NCBI RefSeq assembly: GCF_006345805.1 | Contig: NC_042997.1 | Coordinates: 124,124,001-124,188,000, forward strand | DNA length: 64,000 bases | Origin: Octopus sinensis | Taxonomy: Eukaryota | Direction: 5' to 3' | Shown: positions 1 to 13,201 of the stretch, piece after piece | Numbering within the stretch: the first letter of the stretch is position 1 | How the letters are laid out: each line of letters begins with the position of its first letter | The notes under the pieces: generated by a model | The model's input: only the letters and a program-made list of their open reading frames with translations | Told to the model about the DNA's origin: nothing | Databases searched by the model: none | Program-made: the position numbers and the translations under genes

Positions 1-1200
1 CACAATTGGCCTAAACATCTACCTGAAAAACTTTGATGGCTGGATGTTAAAACTTTCTTAATGCACGGAAACAAGAAAGCATCATACTAAGTAACAAAAC
101 AGGCAAAGGAATATCTAAATGAAATCTAAATACAACACATCGCGGAATTAGATGTGCTGGAAACAAGCACAGGAAACGCTAAGCGTATGAACACCCGTGC
201 TAAAATTGCTGCCTTAGATATTCTTACTGATAAATGACAAGAAAAATCTTTCAACGGCAAATACCCTAAGAGAGCTAATAAAGCCAACGTTGAGAAAGCC
301 CTTGCCTAACAATGGTTAGTGTTTTCTTGCTTAAAATCGGAAACAGAAGTGTTTATCAAAGCAGCCCATGATCAATGTCTACCTACAAGGAACTACCAAG
401 CCAGCATATTAAAGAACGGCAGTAGCCCAGCATGTCGTGTATGTAAACAACAAAATGAATTCATTGATCATGTTGTCTCCATGTGCAGTCATCTTGCGCC
501 TACAGAGTATCTCAACAGGCACGATAGAACTGCACAATATATTCACTGGGTAAACTGCAAAAGCCTGAACCTGTCCCATATTAAAGACTGTTGGGAACTC
601 AAACCAGCTGCAGTGCTTGAAAATGATCACATCTCACTCCTCTGGAATTTCACCATTCAAACTAACAGAAAGACAGATGCGAATAGGTCAGACATTTTGT
701 TGAAAGACTTCAGACCAAAATCATGCCTTCTCGTTGATATGACTGTGCCAGTCGACATAAATGTACGTCAAGACCAACGGAAAACTGAGCAAGTATAAAG
801 ATCTTGAAATAGAAATTAGCAAAATGTGGAACCTGAAGCCTAAAATGATACCTGTTGTCATAGGTGCCCTAGGAATGATAGCAAAAGGGACTGATTCCTA
901 CCTAGCTCAGATACAAGGAAACCCCAAAATGGCAGATATTCAAAAGATAGTTCTCATGGGAACTGCCTAAGTCCTACGTAAAATACTGTCTATGTAATCT
1001 AAAATTTTAAAACAAACTTATGATTTTCTTGTTTTCTTAAACATTCTCTAGAACAATACTATGTGCAAAACCAAATATATGAATATGACACCCTAGGCAT
1101 AACACCAACTTGAACTTCAAACTTGTCTCTTGAGGTTCTTAGGAGAGACTTGGTGTTAACTTGTACAAATGCAACGCAAAGGTCAAATATATAATAATAA
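1..1200 (+). mobile_element. 3' part of an RLE-type non-LTR retrotransposon (R4/Dong-like), degenerate
   Basis: ORFs 319-798 and 761-970 give CRVC..HVVSMC (CCHC knuckle), EYLNRHD, NRSDILLKD..LLVDMTVP..KYKDL (PD-(D/E)xK restriction-like endonuclease) and IPVVIGALG. The 3' UTR ends in ATAATAATAA at 1191-1200. Confidence 0.85.
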
Positions 1201-1203
1201 CAA

Positions 1204-1412
1204 TAGTTTCAAACTTTGGCAGAAGGCCAGCAATTTTGGGAGAGGGGCTAGACTAGATCGACCCCAGTGTTCAACTGGTACTTATTATATCCACCACGAA
1301 AGGATGAAAAGTGAAGTCGACCTCAGCGGAATTTGAACTCAGAACGTAAAAATGGATGAAATGCCTCTAAGACCTTGGTCTGGTTTACTAATTATTCTTC
1401 CAGCTCGCCACC

Positions 1413-1414
<2 letters not shown>
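1204..1414 (-). mobile_element. tRNA-derived SINE, family A (tail variant ..GCTGGCCTT(C/G)TGCC)
   Basis: Reverse complement starts AAGGTGGCGAGCTG (1414). It contains GTTCTGAGTTCAAATTCCGCTGAGGTCGAC (B-box-like), shared with the copy at 20492. Confidence 0.8.
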
Positions 1415-1487
<73 letters not shown>

Positions 1488-1605
1488 CGCAGAACACTTT
1501 CCATACAATAACCATCAGAGCATCACAACAAATCACAGCACATACCCAAGGCAGACAGAGCTGCGCTCGGTAGTGAAGTGAAAGCACGCTATAAAAATAA
1601 AACTA

Positions 1606-1681
<76 letters not shown>
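1415..1681 (+). repeat. (AAT)n arrays (1415-1484 and 1609-1681) flanking a LINE 3' end
   Basis: Perfect AAT tandem repeats. Confidence 0.95.
1487..1608 (+). mobile_element. 5'-truncated 3' end/UTR of a second R4/Dong-like LINE inserted in (AAT)n
   Basis: Begins ACGCAGAACACTTTCCATACAATAA, paralleling the ORF end CTACGTAAAATACTGTCTATGTAA (~974-997) of the first element, and runs into (AAT)n on both sides. Confidence 0.55.
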
Positions 1682-2184
1682 TTTCTCACGGTTATAAAAG
1701 AGTAAGAGGAAAATTTGTGACTTAAATGCCATTCAAGTTAATGTTAGCGATATGGAAGAAAAATCTCCATCTCCAGGAATCGAAATTGGTTTTATTTTAT
1801 TTATATATTTTTTACTCTATATGGGTAATTACTACTTTCCCACACATTGTTTTGCGATGAAACTGATTTCTCTACAACAGGGAGTTAGACATTTTTCCTA
1901 ATACGATTGAGAAACTTATTCATATGCATGCTAATGTATGGAAATTACAGAGTTCATTTGTACTTTCACAAAAATTGTTGGGAAAATAGTTTCTATTCAC
2001 TATCACATCCGGTTTAAATACATTTTAATTAAACACTATTTCAAATTAATTTCCTACACACCGTAAGCTTTTTGTATCTTCTCTCTCTGCATGTGTGTAT
2101 GTTTGTGCGCGTTTGTATGTGTGCGTTGAGTATTTATAGAAATATATTTGTGTAAATGTCTGTAAATATATATGAGCACACACA

Positions 2185-2259
<75 letters not shown>

Positions 2260-2399
2260 GTGAGTGTGCGTGTGTGTGCATCTATGTATGTATGTACGTA
2301 GGTATGTATGGCTGTAAGAACAGGCTTAAGCCTTGTCAGTTTCTCATTACTTCAAGGAATGTTTAGAAATTTTTAATTCACTCCCTACGCTTAATATTT

Positions 2400-4260
2400 A
2401 TTGGGCTAGTACATTACACACTACTATTCTTGAAGATTTTTAAAAGAAATCATGCAGTTGGGCTTAATCTTGTCAATACGCTTTTGTATATCCTAGATTA
2501 TGAATACTTCGTCATTCTAGTACACATTGTGTATTTCCTCTTTTATTATCTGTTGGTATTGCATAACGCTGGAATAACTTCCAACGTACCAAAACTACGC
2601 CTCTGCCAAGTCTGTAGATTTACTATTTCTTTGATAAGTACGTCAAGTATTTGGTCTCTTTTTGTGCATTCATGAGTATCTAGTTAGAAGGATTTGATAT
2701 TGTGCTGAGTGTCAAAAACACTTCATTCCAAAGTTTTTACGCCTCTCTTCTCTGGAGTCATTAAAATTACGTTATTTTATTTCATCCATCTTTGTCTGTT
2801 TGAATACTGTTTATTTTTTTATGGTTGGGTACTACCCTTAGTTCTGCTCCTTTTATTACAGTAAGATCTAGTGTCATTTTAGTTTTAGTTTATTTATAGA
2901 GTGATTTACTTAGTTCTCCCTTCATGTGACAACAGTTATTTGGGCTATATGGTAGCCCAAATTTTCTTTTGTTTTCATTTTGTTCATAAAAGACAAAACA
3001 TGGGTTTTCTTTTTGTTCATATTTTGAAGGTATCACTATTAGTTTTCTAATAACCAAATTTTTGCAGTCCAGTTTGCAGATTTATTACAATTTTCTAAAA
3101 GTATAAGGTTAATTTTTCTCTCTATTCATACTGTATATATTTTTCTCTGTCGGATTTTGGCAATTCTTATTTTCCTAGTTTATTCTGTTGAATAAGCTAA
3201 ATTCAACAGTCTGATCAGATTATTTAAACAAATAAATTCACATATAACGTGTTTAAAGTGTTTGCTTGTTATTGGGGATACAATACAGGCGAATAAGGAT
3301 TCCAGGATCTATGCATACGGAACACTGACTAGAGACCTTTCGTAATTAATCTATTTCATGTTCATATTTATTTATCCTAGTCTTCGAGTAAAGATTTATT
3401 GATAAATAGATGATCTTTATATCCTTTCAACCTGTGGGAAAAGGGCATCCTTTTCAAATGTTTACTTTTTTTCTGCGACAGTACTGCAGTTTTGGTATTA
3501 AGTCTGTATGAACGCAACTTACGTTTCTGTAATTTTTAGAGTTTGCTGTATCCTTACTGCCACGAATTAAGAGGCTTTCCCTTAAGTTATCCAGTTAATG
3601 GTTGTCACCGTGTTTTAAACACCCTCTTTCAACAACTCTTAAAACATCTTATGTGTTATTAAAAATATTTTTTAAAAACGGGTTTGGTATCATATGACTT
3701 GGGGAATACTATACAGGGAAATAAAGATTCCAGGATCTATGCATACGGAACACTGACTTGAGACTTTTCGTAATTAATCTATTTCATGTTAAAAATATAT
3801 TTTAAAAACGGGTTTGGTATCATATGACTTAGTTCTATCATTTTTTTTTATTTGCAGTCTGAGTTACACTTTGTGTATGATATCCCCTGCTGTGATAGTC
3901 TAGATGCTCTGTCCGTTGTATTGAGCAATTCAGTCTCTCGTGATTCACCTCCACATACATCACTTGCTGGTGACGCCGCATTGATTTCTTTATTGTTTTG
4001 AACTCATTCTTGATGAAATGTTTTTTTAGGTTAGAATAGAACTCTTTGTTTTGATCAAAGAATCGCCGACGCTTTTCAAACTATCTGATTCTTGGTATTT
4101 TAGTGAGCTTCACTTGTTTCAAGCCATCATTGATAACGGATACCTTTTCTTTTTCGTTTGTTATCTTCTGTTTCTATAGCTTTTGATTCGTTTTCCAGTC
4201 GTGTTGTTGATATTATTAAGGATTGCGGAGATATTTTTTCTCTTGTCTATTTTCTTTAGA
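2400..4260 (-). mobile_element. Degenerate reverse-transcriptase region of an RLE-clade (R4/Dong-like) LINE
   Basis: Minus-strand pieces: PRIR*FEKRRRFFDQNKEFYSN (~4110-4040), SKDTANSKNYR (~3560-3530), GYKDHLFINKSLLED, a WIDY.K..DSVP..WILESL-like RT motif (~3350-3295) and a GGRG-like motif (~2600). Many stops and frameshifts. Confidence 0.65.
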
Positions 4261-4306
4261 CTTTGTTTTCCATGTTGTTTGCTTGAGTTTTGATATTTTT
4301 ATAGTA

Positions 4307-4323
4307 TCATTATTATTATTACA

Positions 4324-4383
<60 letters not shown>

Positions 4384-4727
4384 GTTGTTGTTGTTGTTGT
4401 TGTTGTTGTTCTTCTTCTTCTTCTTCTTCTTCTTCTTCTTCTTCTTCTTCTCCTTGTTGTTATTATTGTTGTTGGTATTATTATTATTATTGTTGTTGTT
4501 GTTTTTGTTGTTGGTGGTGTTGTTCTTAGTGGTGTTGGTGATGGTGGTGGTGATGGTCGTTGAGGTCGTTGTGATCGTCGTGGTTTTGTACTTGTTGGTA
4601 GTTGTAGTGGTCGCGGCGGTGGTAGTGTTGGTGGTGTTGGACGTCTTATTTTCTTATTGCTATTGTTATCATCATCATCACCATCATCATCATCATAATC
4701 ATCATCATAATCATCATCATTACCATT
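4307..4727 (+). repeat. Compound trinucleotide microsatellite (ATT)n-(GTT)n-(CTT)n-(GGT)-(CAT)n
   Basis: Successive pure and degenerate trinucleotide runs. Confidence 0.95.
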
Positions 4728-4729
4728 AA

Positions 4730-5400
4730 TATATTTTTTTATTATCAGCACTTGTATCTTATTCATGTTTCTTGCCAATTTGTCAATTTTTTCAGTAGCC
4801 GTGTTATGATAACCATCCAACTATTGTTGATACGCCATCTCTTGATCACCGATCCGAAAAACACTTAAATTAATGGCCAAGTAGTCAACACTACTATTAT
4901 ATCATAAAAAAAGTACCTACTCTGTTTGACAAATTCGTATACTTTTGTAAGGATCATTATTTTTTTTACATAATTAGCATTGTAGTCAAGTTAATGGGTT
5001 TAAGTCAGAATTTCTTGAGGGAACTTTTGGGAATAAGAACACATGATCCCGCGTTATGCAGTGCTATGTGATATGGAGTTCCTCCGTAGACCGGAGTCAT
5101 GTGGTAGTCTGCCGCTAAAACAATTACTTTCATTTGGGTAGAGAATCACTTTTTATCCGGTTCCTAAGCTGGAATTGATTCTTGGTTGTCTTACGTGGAG
5201 ATGTGTTTTTAAGCAATCAAAACCTCATTTCAGCCTGAAGAGAATTTCATCACCCTTCTGGCAAATAACCCATTTTACAAGGTCAATTGTTCATAGTTCC
5301 TCGCAAATCTCCCATTCATTCGAGATATTTTCTTGTCTGTGTGTTGCATGTTTCTTGGTCTGTTTTAGAATTTGAAGGAGTAGGTATATTGAAATTTTGT
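4730..5400 (-). mobile_element. Degenerate non-LTR retrotransposon fragment (probably continues the 2400-4260 element)
   Basis: 5290-5380 is roughly 80% identical by eye to 9848-9932 (TAGTTCCTCG.AAATCTCCCATTC..TCGAGATATTTT), so it is an interspersed repeat. It is colinear with the LINE relic below it. Confidence 0.45.
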
Positions 5401-5449
5401 ATTTTGTTTCATTGTCAAAGCATATACTCTATCTTTATTATAATATTGC

Positions 5450-6079
5450 CTGCAAGTCACCCACTTATGATTTAAATATATAAATTTCTTTAGGCTATGA
5501 ATGTTTTGTATTGATTTTGTCAAATATGTCAACAACCTGGCTGATGACTGTCATAGAGGCAGAAACACATGAAGACAGCTGTTCTGTTATATCACTTCGT
5601 AAATCATCCTTTGACTTGGTTGTTCAAACTCATGCCACTGATCGTATTTTCACTATATCTGTATGTCTGTCTGTCTGTGTTCGTGTGTGTGCGTGTGTGC
5701 GTGTGTGTATGTGTGTGTGTTTGAGTTTATGTGCGTCGGTGTGTGAGTGTATGTGCCTGTAAGTATGAAGGTCTATATACGTTTTTTTTTCTTTTCTGTA
5801 GTTTAAGCTTAGAGCTGCGGCCATGCAGATGCATTGCTGCATATAAACAACTATTAATAGAATAACATACAAAAACACTATGACACTCAGCTACCCAGTG
5901 TCTCCTGGCACGAATATTAAATTTATTTCGCCACTTTTCAACCTGAAAACTTATCATATGTAAATATAGAGATTACCCCAGTGCAATGTAGAACATGTCC
6001 AATAGATCTGACTGCCAACATCATCTGTTACAGTAAATGTAAGTAGTGTATCAATACAATATGCTCATATTCTCATGCA

Positions 6080-6168
<89 letters not shown>

Positions 6169-8400
6169 CTCTCTCTATATATATACATATATATATTTAT
6201 ATATCTGTTGTAATTACAATATTCACCAACACCTCTCTCCTCCGGTTATTTGGCCTGAACACCCCGCTTATAAACCTAATAATATAATAATATAAGGAGA
6301 CTCAAGTTAGTCCAGGAATACGAGTTTGCATAATTGATATTGGGAGTGAAATCGGATATTAAATCACTGCTGTATTAACGTTGTTTAATTTCGTTGCCAT
6401 TGTGCATTTAAGAAAACTAACGTTGTTTCGAGGAACATAAATATTTCGTTTATATAATGTATGCATTATAATAGTTCGAAATATAACTCACCCGCTGTAT
6501 TATATATGTTTGTGCCTGTATATGAATGTATGTCTGTATGTATGTTTGTCTGCGTTTTTAATATTAGAGACAGACAAAATTTTTTGAGATCCATAACCTA
6601 TATTGTTTGATGTGTCATGATAAAGACACTGATGTCTAATAATTTATATTTGCACAGCTACGTAGTGTGTTTATGATTCACTGGTGTAAACCTTACAAGT
6701 GTTTCATTGTCATGTGTCACTAAGCTCAAAGCTAACTGAAATATTTGTGACCCATCTTCACACATCAATAAGAACTAGAGTTAAACGTCGGTCATATGGT
6801 TCACAGAGAACCATGAAATAAAGCATGGGATATCTACCACTCTCTCACTTTCTCTGTTTCTCTTTCACCCCCCCTCTCTTTCTCTATCTATATTTCTTTA
6901 TCTATGTATCTATATATTTTGCCTTCGCAGTGTATTTGCTGCATTTCCTGTGCAAACATTGTGTGTGTTTGTAACGGGCCGCTTCCTATTTGATAATTGA
7001 TATCACAAAGACTACATAAATGAATTATGAAATGATTTATTGATATTGTATATTGAGACTAATGTTTATAACGTTGGAGCTACTGACCTATAACTAGAAA
7101 TATAACATCTACAAAGCGATTATTGTTATTGATGACAAGTTAAATACAGTGGAGCGACAAAAGAGGAACTATCTCAAAAGTAGGAGTCTCAAGTTGTTAT
7201 AACGTTTTTTCATTAAAAGCAAATGAACCTAAATTTCACCATTGTTGAGGTGAAAGGCTGATACAAAATGGTGGAAGAAAAGAATGAATAAATGCAAATG
7301 TAGGACCACAGAAATATTTTCAGAATACATAGAATTATTGGGTGCTTTTCTGCGGGCAAAAATTTAGTACAATTTGCATACACCTTAATAATTAGTATTA
7401 TTCTTGTATTGTCAAACACTTCCGTCAAAATTTTATAAATATTTCGACTATTCTACTATCTCCTGATTTTACCTGTGTAAGAATTCGATCTACTGTTATT
7501 GTCACAACAGAAATTACAGAAATAAGCATTGTTTTTGAATTGAAAATACCATTCATTTTCATCTCTCTACGAACTGGAAATGCGAGCATGAAATCTGTCA
7601 CGATGAGACATTCGTTGCGTGTACAAGAGTTTTGTTATTTGTGTGTAACACTGAGGAATGAATAATGGTGAAATCAAATTTTGATTTCATTCAAGAAGTA
7701 ATAAAAATATTTAATTAAAATGACTGGTGTTAAAAGATTGGAGAATAACTGTAACTTCATAGTATAGACAGAATATGGGATGCTTCACTTTCTGAATAGA
7801 CGACCAGTCTATCCCAAGAACCGTCCTCAATTGACCTCCTACCGGTTTTCAATTGTCGTATCAACTAAAGTCATGTAAAATAATGTGTGATTCACAGAAA
7901 CAAAATAGAAACGTTTATGTTGCAAAATATTGTTATTGTTTAACTCCATGTCAACCCCGATTAAGAAGATTTATTATTAGAGGCATGTCGGCCATGAGCA
8001 ACCCATGTCTGTACATCAAAAATGACATTTTCTAATGAGTACTTTTAAAGATGACACGCATGAGGATTTATAGATGATTTGACTGGTAGTTTTAGTCGGT
8101 CAAAAACTTGATAGTGGCTGTATTGTGGGATCGTATATTGCAGATGTTTTGATGGCGATGTTTTCATTTATATTACCCGCTCTAAGTTTTGTGCTTTATA
8201 AGTTTACGAGAAAAGACGGGAGAATTCCCATCAATTTTGTACGTCTGTAGCCTGTACGGATGTCATTGTTGTTGTATGCGTCGAATGTCTTCAGAAATAA
8301 AGTGGACGCGATGATTTCGAATCCAAAGGCGTTGTAAACTAGCGATAGAGGATAAAATTATTGTTTAATGTATTATAACTGATCCGGCTTAAAAAATTAC
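5450..8400 (-). pseudogene. Toll-like receptor-like pseudogene, main part (LRRs, LRRCT, TM, TIR)
   Basis: Minus-strand fragments in correct order: SLQRLWIRNHRVHFISED (8340-8287), ELNNNNI (7946-7926), LGIDWSSIQKV (7818-7786), HLNNGEI..SFAFN (7252-7215), LRRCT-like LKC...KLNN..LISDFTP (~6420-6342), hydrophobic LSLLILLYY.VYKR (~6310-6270), TIR box2-like IFVPGD (5917-5900) and DQWHEFEQ (5643-5620). Many stops, frameshifts and microsatellite insertions. Confidence 0.6.
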
Positions 8401-8454
8401 GAGGAAATTACATGACGGTGAAGACAAGGTATAAGGTATCCTTAGATATCTACG

Positions 8455-8705
8455 GCGGTGGATGATGATGTTGATGAGAATGGTGATGACGACGACGACG
8501 ACAACAACGACGATGGTCGTGGTGGTGGTAGTAGTGGATGCGGCGGCGGTGGTGACTCTGGTTGTGGTGATGATAATGATGATGATAACGACGACCACGA
8601 CCGCGACCACGACGACCATGACGATGGCGACCACGATGATGATGATGACGTTGATGACAATGGTGACGATGACGATGACAACGCTGATGAATGTGATAAT
8701 GAATG

Positions 8706-8771
<66 letters not shown>

Positions 8772-8965
8772 CGACGATGATGGTTTCAAAATTGAGCACA
8801 AAGCGTACAATTTTAAGGCTGGGATTGAGTCGATTACATCGACACCAGGGAAGGTTAAAATGCAGAGTTAACTTTGGTTTGACAACAACAACAGCAACAG
8901 CAACAACAACAACAACGACACCAGCACCAATAATAATAATAATAATAATTATTATAATAATAATG
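8455..8965 (+). repeat. Compound (GAT/GAC/GGT)n, (AAC)n and (AAT)n low-complexity island
   Basis: Pure (GAT)n at ~8708-8770 with degenerate flanks. It accounts for the poly-D/poly-M/poly-S ORFs. Confidence 0.95.
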
Positions 8966-9109
8966 TATTAGCCTAATGAAAGCTACAAAAGCATTGACGC
9001 AAAAGAGAAAAAAGCAATGAGGAAAAAAGGATTGAGGAAAGAAGAAAATTTTAATGGAAAAGAAAGACTTCCAAGCTGCTTGTAGAATCTTCACACAGGC
9101 ATGGTCGCC

Positions 9110-9760
9110 ATGACCACTAGGGCAGCTGCTTTCTTCCTATCCCCTTGTCTCTATTTAGAGGTGCATGGTTATTCAGAGTAGGTCCGTCCTTGCCTCTCTC
9201 ACCTTCGTTTCACAAATTCGATGAAGGGCGGCTCTTACTTCTCCGTATTAACTTTCTTTTTCAAGTAAATATGGAAATTGAGGTGCGCTTCGCCAAAGCA
9301 AGTCTGTCCTCAGACCTTTTAGTTTGGTTCAGAACACAACCTCTCTCGTTAATGCCACCAGATTGGTAAATACTACCTGTCCTACCCGGCTAAAGAAGGT
9401 GGCGAGATCTACACAATGGACTCAACAGAAAGCCTGATCCATCCTACACGCGACAGCAAATGTTCGACATAACTCCAAAAGTCCAGTGCTACAGACTTAC
9501 CTTCTGGTCCAGAGAAGGTCTACATTCCCAAGACCCAGCACTTTTCGAAACAACTTAGTCTATCCGTCACCCATTATCGGCAGACTTGGAGATGCGTACA
9601 CCTCGAAGCCCCAGAGATGGGTATGAACTGTTGCTCCTTGAAAATTCTGGCCTCACTGAGTAGGTGGCCAATTTCCAAGGCGATCGCAGGATACGTGCAT
9701 TCACACTGCCTACTGTGAGCAGTCGTTCGACAAGAGTGAGGGAAGTGAGAAAGAAACACT
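9110..9760 (-). mobile_element. Degenerate AP-endonuclease region of an L1/Tx1-like LINE
   Basis: Minus strand reads GSVNARILRSPWK / IGHLLSEARI.. (9715-9640), resembling the N-terminal (S/T)xNxRG motif of APE domains, followed by VYASP- and SGPEGK-like pieces. GC-richer than the flanks. Confidence 0.45.
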
Positions 9761-9769
9761 TACCTTATT

Positions 9770-11300
9770 GCTGTGGAAGGACAGGTTTTCCATCCTTCCA
9801 GCTACTTGTGTATGTTTCCACAAGCTTCTCTTTACAGAATCTTACATTTCTAGTTCCTCGGAAATCTCCCATTCCCTCGAGATATTTTGTCGTCTGTATG
9901 TTGTAGGTTTCTTGATTTGTTTTAAAATTTGAATACCAGCAAATGTGTTATGTAGTGGTGTCATAATGATGTTGGGCATAATATTTTAATGCTAATGAAT
10001 CTATTCTATTAATTCTTTATTGTATGTGTTTACGGCCCTGTAGATGATAATAACTTCCATTTGTTCGGTTTTTTGATGCAGATTTGTCTGTTGGTGTAAT
10101 TTGTGTATGTTGTGGTATTTGTACTGAAGTTGGTGTTTCTATTGATGGTAGCGGCATTTGTAATACACACAGAGTTGGAATTGATGTAGGACTTGTTACA
10201 TTTAGTTCTCTCCTTTTGTATTGATTAGTTTATTTCTTATATTCTTTCCCTTTCTCTTCTGACGGGAACGGCTTTCTATTCTTCCTTCTGGTCACTTTCA
10301 CCTCAAGACATATTTGTGAAATCCAAAAAGGGGAGAACTATGTGTGATATGATATTACTATTGGGGTTGTTCTTATATTGATATTGATCTCCATCTTTGA
10401 GTTGGAGTTTTTTGTAGATTTTGTGTTCTAGTGCCACTGAAGGTCTCGCCACTGATGTTGCATCTATTGTTGCATTTGTGTTAGGAACCTCTGCTGCTGT
10501 TATTGTTTCGGTCTCAAGGGATGCTAGTGAGTTTGTCCGCTGTTGGGGCTGAATTTGTGGGTACTGAACTTCTGGCGTTGATAAAAGAGGTCTTATTTCT
10601 TCGGCGTCTCGATGTTGTAAGACCTCATTGAACTGGGTTACAATTCTACATATGCAATAACTTGACTTTCTCCCCTCCGCTATCACTCAAATTTGGGAGC
10701 CATCCAGGTGGTCGATAATGTTATGTTCGTCTTCGATTTCTTGTTTTGTTTGTGTTGTTATTCCCATCCTATCACTAATGGGTATTTTCTTCATCTCTAG
10801 AATCAACCTTTTTATAAACCAGAGGGCTTATAAATGTGATGGTTATTTCTGTTGGCACGGTTATGTTTGTGGATTGGATGCTTCCATCTGCTGTAGTCTC
10901 TGATCTCACTTCGACTATGCAGCAGTTTTCCTTCGACTGACATGGATCTTGTGTTCCCATACACGACCAAAGCTATTTTGTATTTGCTCATCACTTGTAT
11001 TTTCTACTCGACGCGATTTTGCTCCGATGCACTAGAATACAACTGTGTATCTTTCTGTAGTTTCTGTAACGTAGGGGTGGTGGATTTAGGGTTACCCGTA
11101 GTCCTTTGTTTTACACTCTGTCTGATCAGTTGTAAATCTTCATGTTTTAGATGGTATTTTTGAGATTTCTTACAGCACTTTCAAAGGAAATTCCTTTTGT
11201 AGCTATTTGGCTGTATTCCTTGATGCTAGCGCCCTTACTTCTCATGGGACTGTTTGTCTTTGTATTTCGCTTGGTAACGTAGCCATAACACTAATCATGT
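9770..11300 (-). mobile_element. Degenerate non-LTR element region (same family as 4730-5400)
   Basis: Shares a ~90-bp block with 5290-5380. Coding-like minus-strand frames (ORF 10303-10686 and others) without an intact long ORF. Confidence 0.4.
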
Positions 11301-11329
11301 ATTATAAGAAAAAGAAGAGGCGTTAGATA

Positions 11330-11750
11330 TGCATACCTGTATCTGTTACCTGTTATTCATTGAATTCATGTCAATGAGACAAGTGACATTCCATCTGATG
11401 CTTTCTAATATGTGTGTCGCCCCATGACATGCAAGAATTGTACTGTATTCAATATGCATTTCCCGTAAGTTTTGACATTTGAGCTACCTAAAATATCTAC
11501 ATGTCTCAAAGAGTTTAAAACCATGTGTTATTTCTTACTAAAAAAATATTAAATACAGCATTTTAATGCACATCAGCAAGAATATCTAAGGCAAAAGTGA
11601 ATGTTGATGGTACAATATAGAAGGTTAGTCGCAGTGACGCTCATTGGCATATGGTGTGTGATGCGTTAGGACTATTTCAATGAAAATGCTGAGAAACAGA
11701 AACTCATTAGCTGCTAGCTCAGCTATAACACTGACTCGGAAAAAACTGCT
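11330..11750 (-). pseudogene. Probable N-terminal LRRNT/first LRRs of the TLR-like pseudogene
   Basis: Minus strand: PMSVTATNLLY (11647-11615; LP..VT.LNL.YN pattern), IKMLYL, and NLREMHIEYSTI (11471-11436; LxxLxIxxNxI pattern). Same strand as, and upstream of, the 5450-8400 relic. Confidence 0.45.
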
Positions 11751-11810
11751 TCGTTACAGTATATAGTAATATCTTTTATTCAACCTGGTAGAATAGAACA
11801 AATGTATGTA

Positions 11811-11890
<80 letters not shown>

Positions 11891-11927
11891 CAACGTGCCG
11901 TGTTATGCATTGTGCATGCTTATAATC

Positions 11928-11958
<31 letters not shown>

Positions 11959-12688
11959 CATACAGAGGCATACGCGTATTAAATTATTATTCCATGTATA
12001 GTAATTTAAGTGTTCGCTTATTTGAAGAAATAAGCTTTGGATTCCAATAATTTTACTTGCAACGGTCCAGTGCACATAACATCATGTTCATTACTATTGT
12101 GTGTGTTCCATAACACTTTCCGCTCTATCAAATCAAATATCTGCTTATTATATATATATTGAATCAAAGCTTATTCTAGTATTGTTACTGTACATATTTG
12201 CATGTCAATAAAATACATATGAAATATATCTAAATAGTTTCAGTTTAACTATAAATGTGCCTGCCAAAAGGGCTGCTTTAACATACACATTTTCCTATAT
12301 ATTAAACTCCTAATACCTTTTTATACTACTCATGTACCTTCCACAATTGAAACAAGACCAGGCTGATGTTAATATCATATACGATACAACCATGATATCA
12401 GTATTTCGTTAAGTGTTTGCATTTGCGCCTATTTCTTCTCATTTATGTTCTGTATAGCTATTGATCATGACTTTCGGCGTTTACACTGCAAACAACAGTG
12501 ACAACAACAACGTGCCGTGTTATGCATTGTACATCCGTAAGCTAGCTGTATGAATAATTAACTACTTCCTCATTGAGATTTATTCACTGATTTAATGAGA
12601 CAACAATTCAAGTGCTCTAAGGAGAATGATTTTTTTTTTCGGAAAGCTATTTAATTAACTTTTTCTACTCTTTTCTTAAGTAATTATT

Positions 12689-13170
12689 TTACGCTCTAGA
12701 ATCAATTGGACGCTTAACCATCATCACAGCCATCACCGGCGCCATCACCCACACCATCGTCGTGTTTCCTCTTTCATTCTCGTAATATTCATCAGCACCC
12801 ATCACCACCACCACAAACATCCCCCCCACCACCAAAACCACCACAAACACCATCACCACCACAACCGCCGCCACTACCAATGCCATCATCATCATCATCA
12901 TCAACATTATCGTCATCATCAACCTCCTCTTCATCATCATCATCTTCTTCTTCTTCTTCTTCTTTCTTCTTCTTCTTCTTCTTCTTCTTCTTCTTCTTCT
13001 TCTTCTTCTTCTTCTTCTTTCAGCTCCTCCTTCGCCGTCTTTTTCGTTAACCTCGTCGTCGTCATTGTCATCGGCTCGACTCCTTCAACACCGTGGCCAT
13101 CATCTTCACTGCCTCCTTGTCTATCGCCGTAATTTTACCACCCATCTCTTCCTTTACAATATATCATCGT

Positions 13171-13201
<31 letters not shown>

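Noticed and set aside
10303-10686. 127-aa minus-strand ORF as a host gene
   Set aside because: It lies within a region sharing sequence with another interspersed copy (5290-5380), so it is more likely a retroelement ORF remnant.
12338-12486. Minus-strand exon candidate with TTTGCAG acceptor and GTACAT donor
   Set aside because: Stop codons in all three frames.
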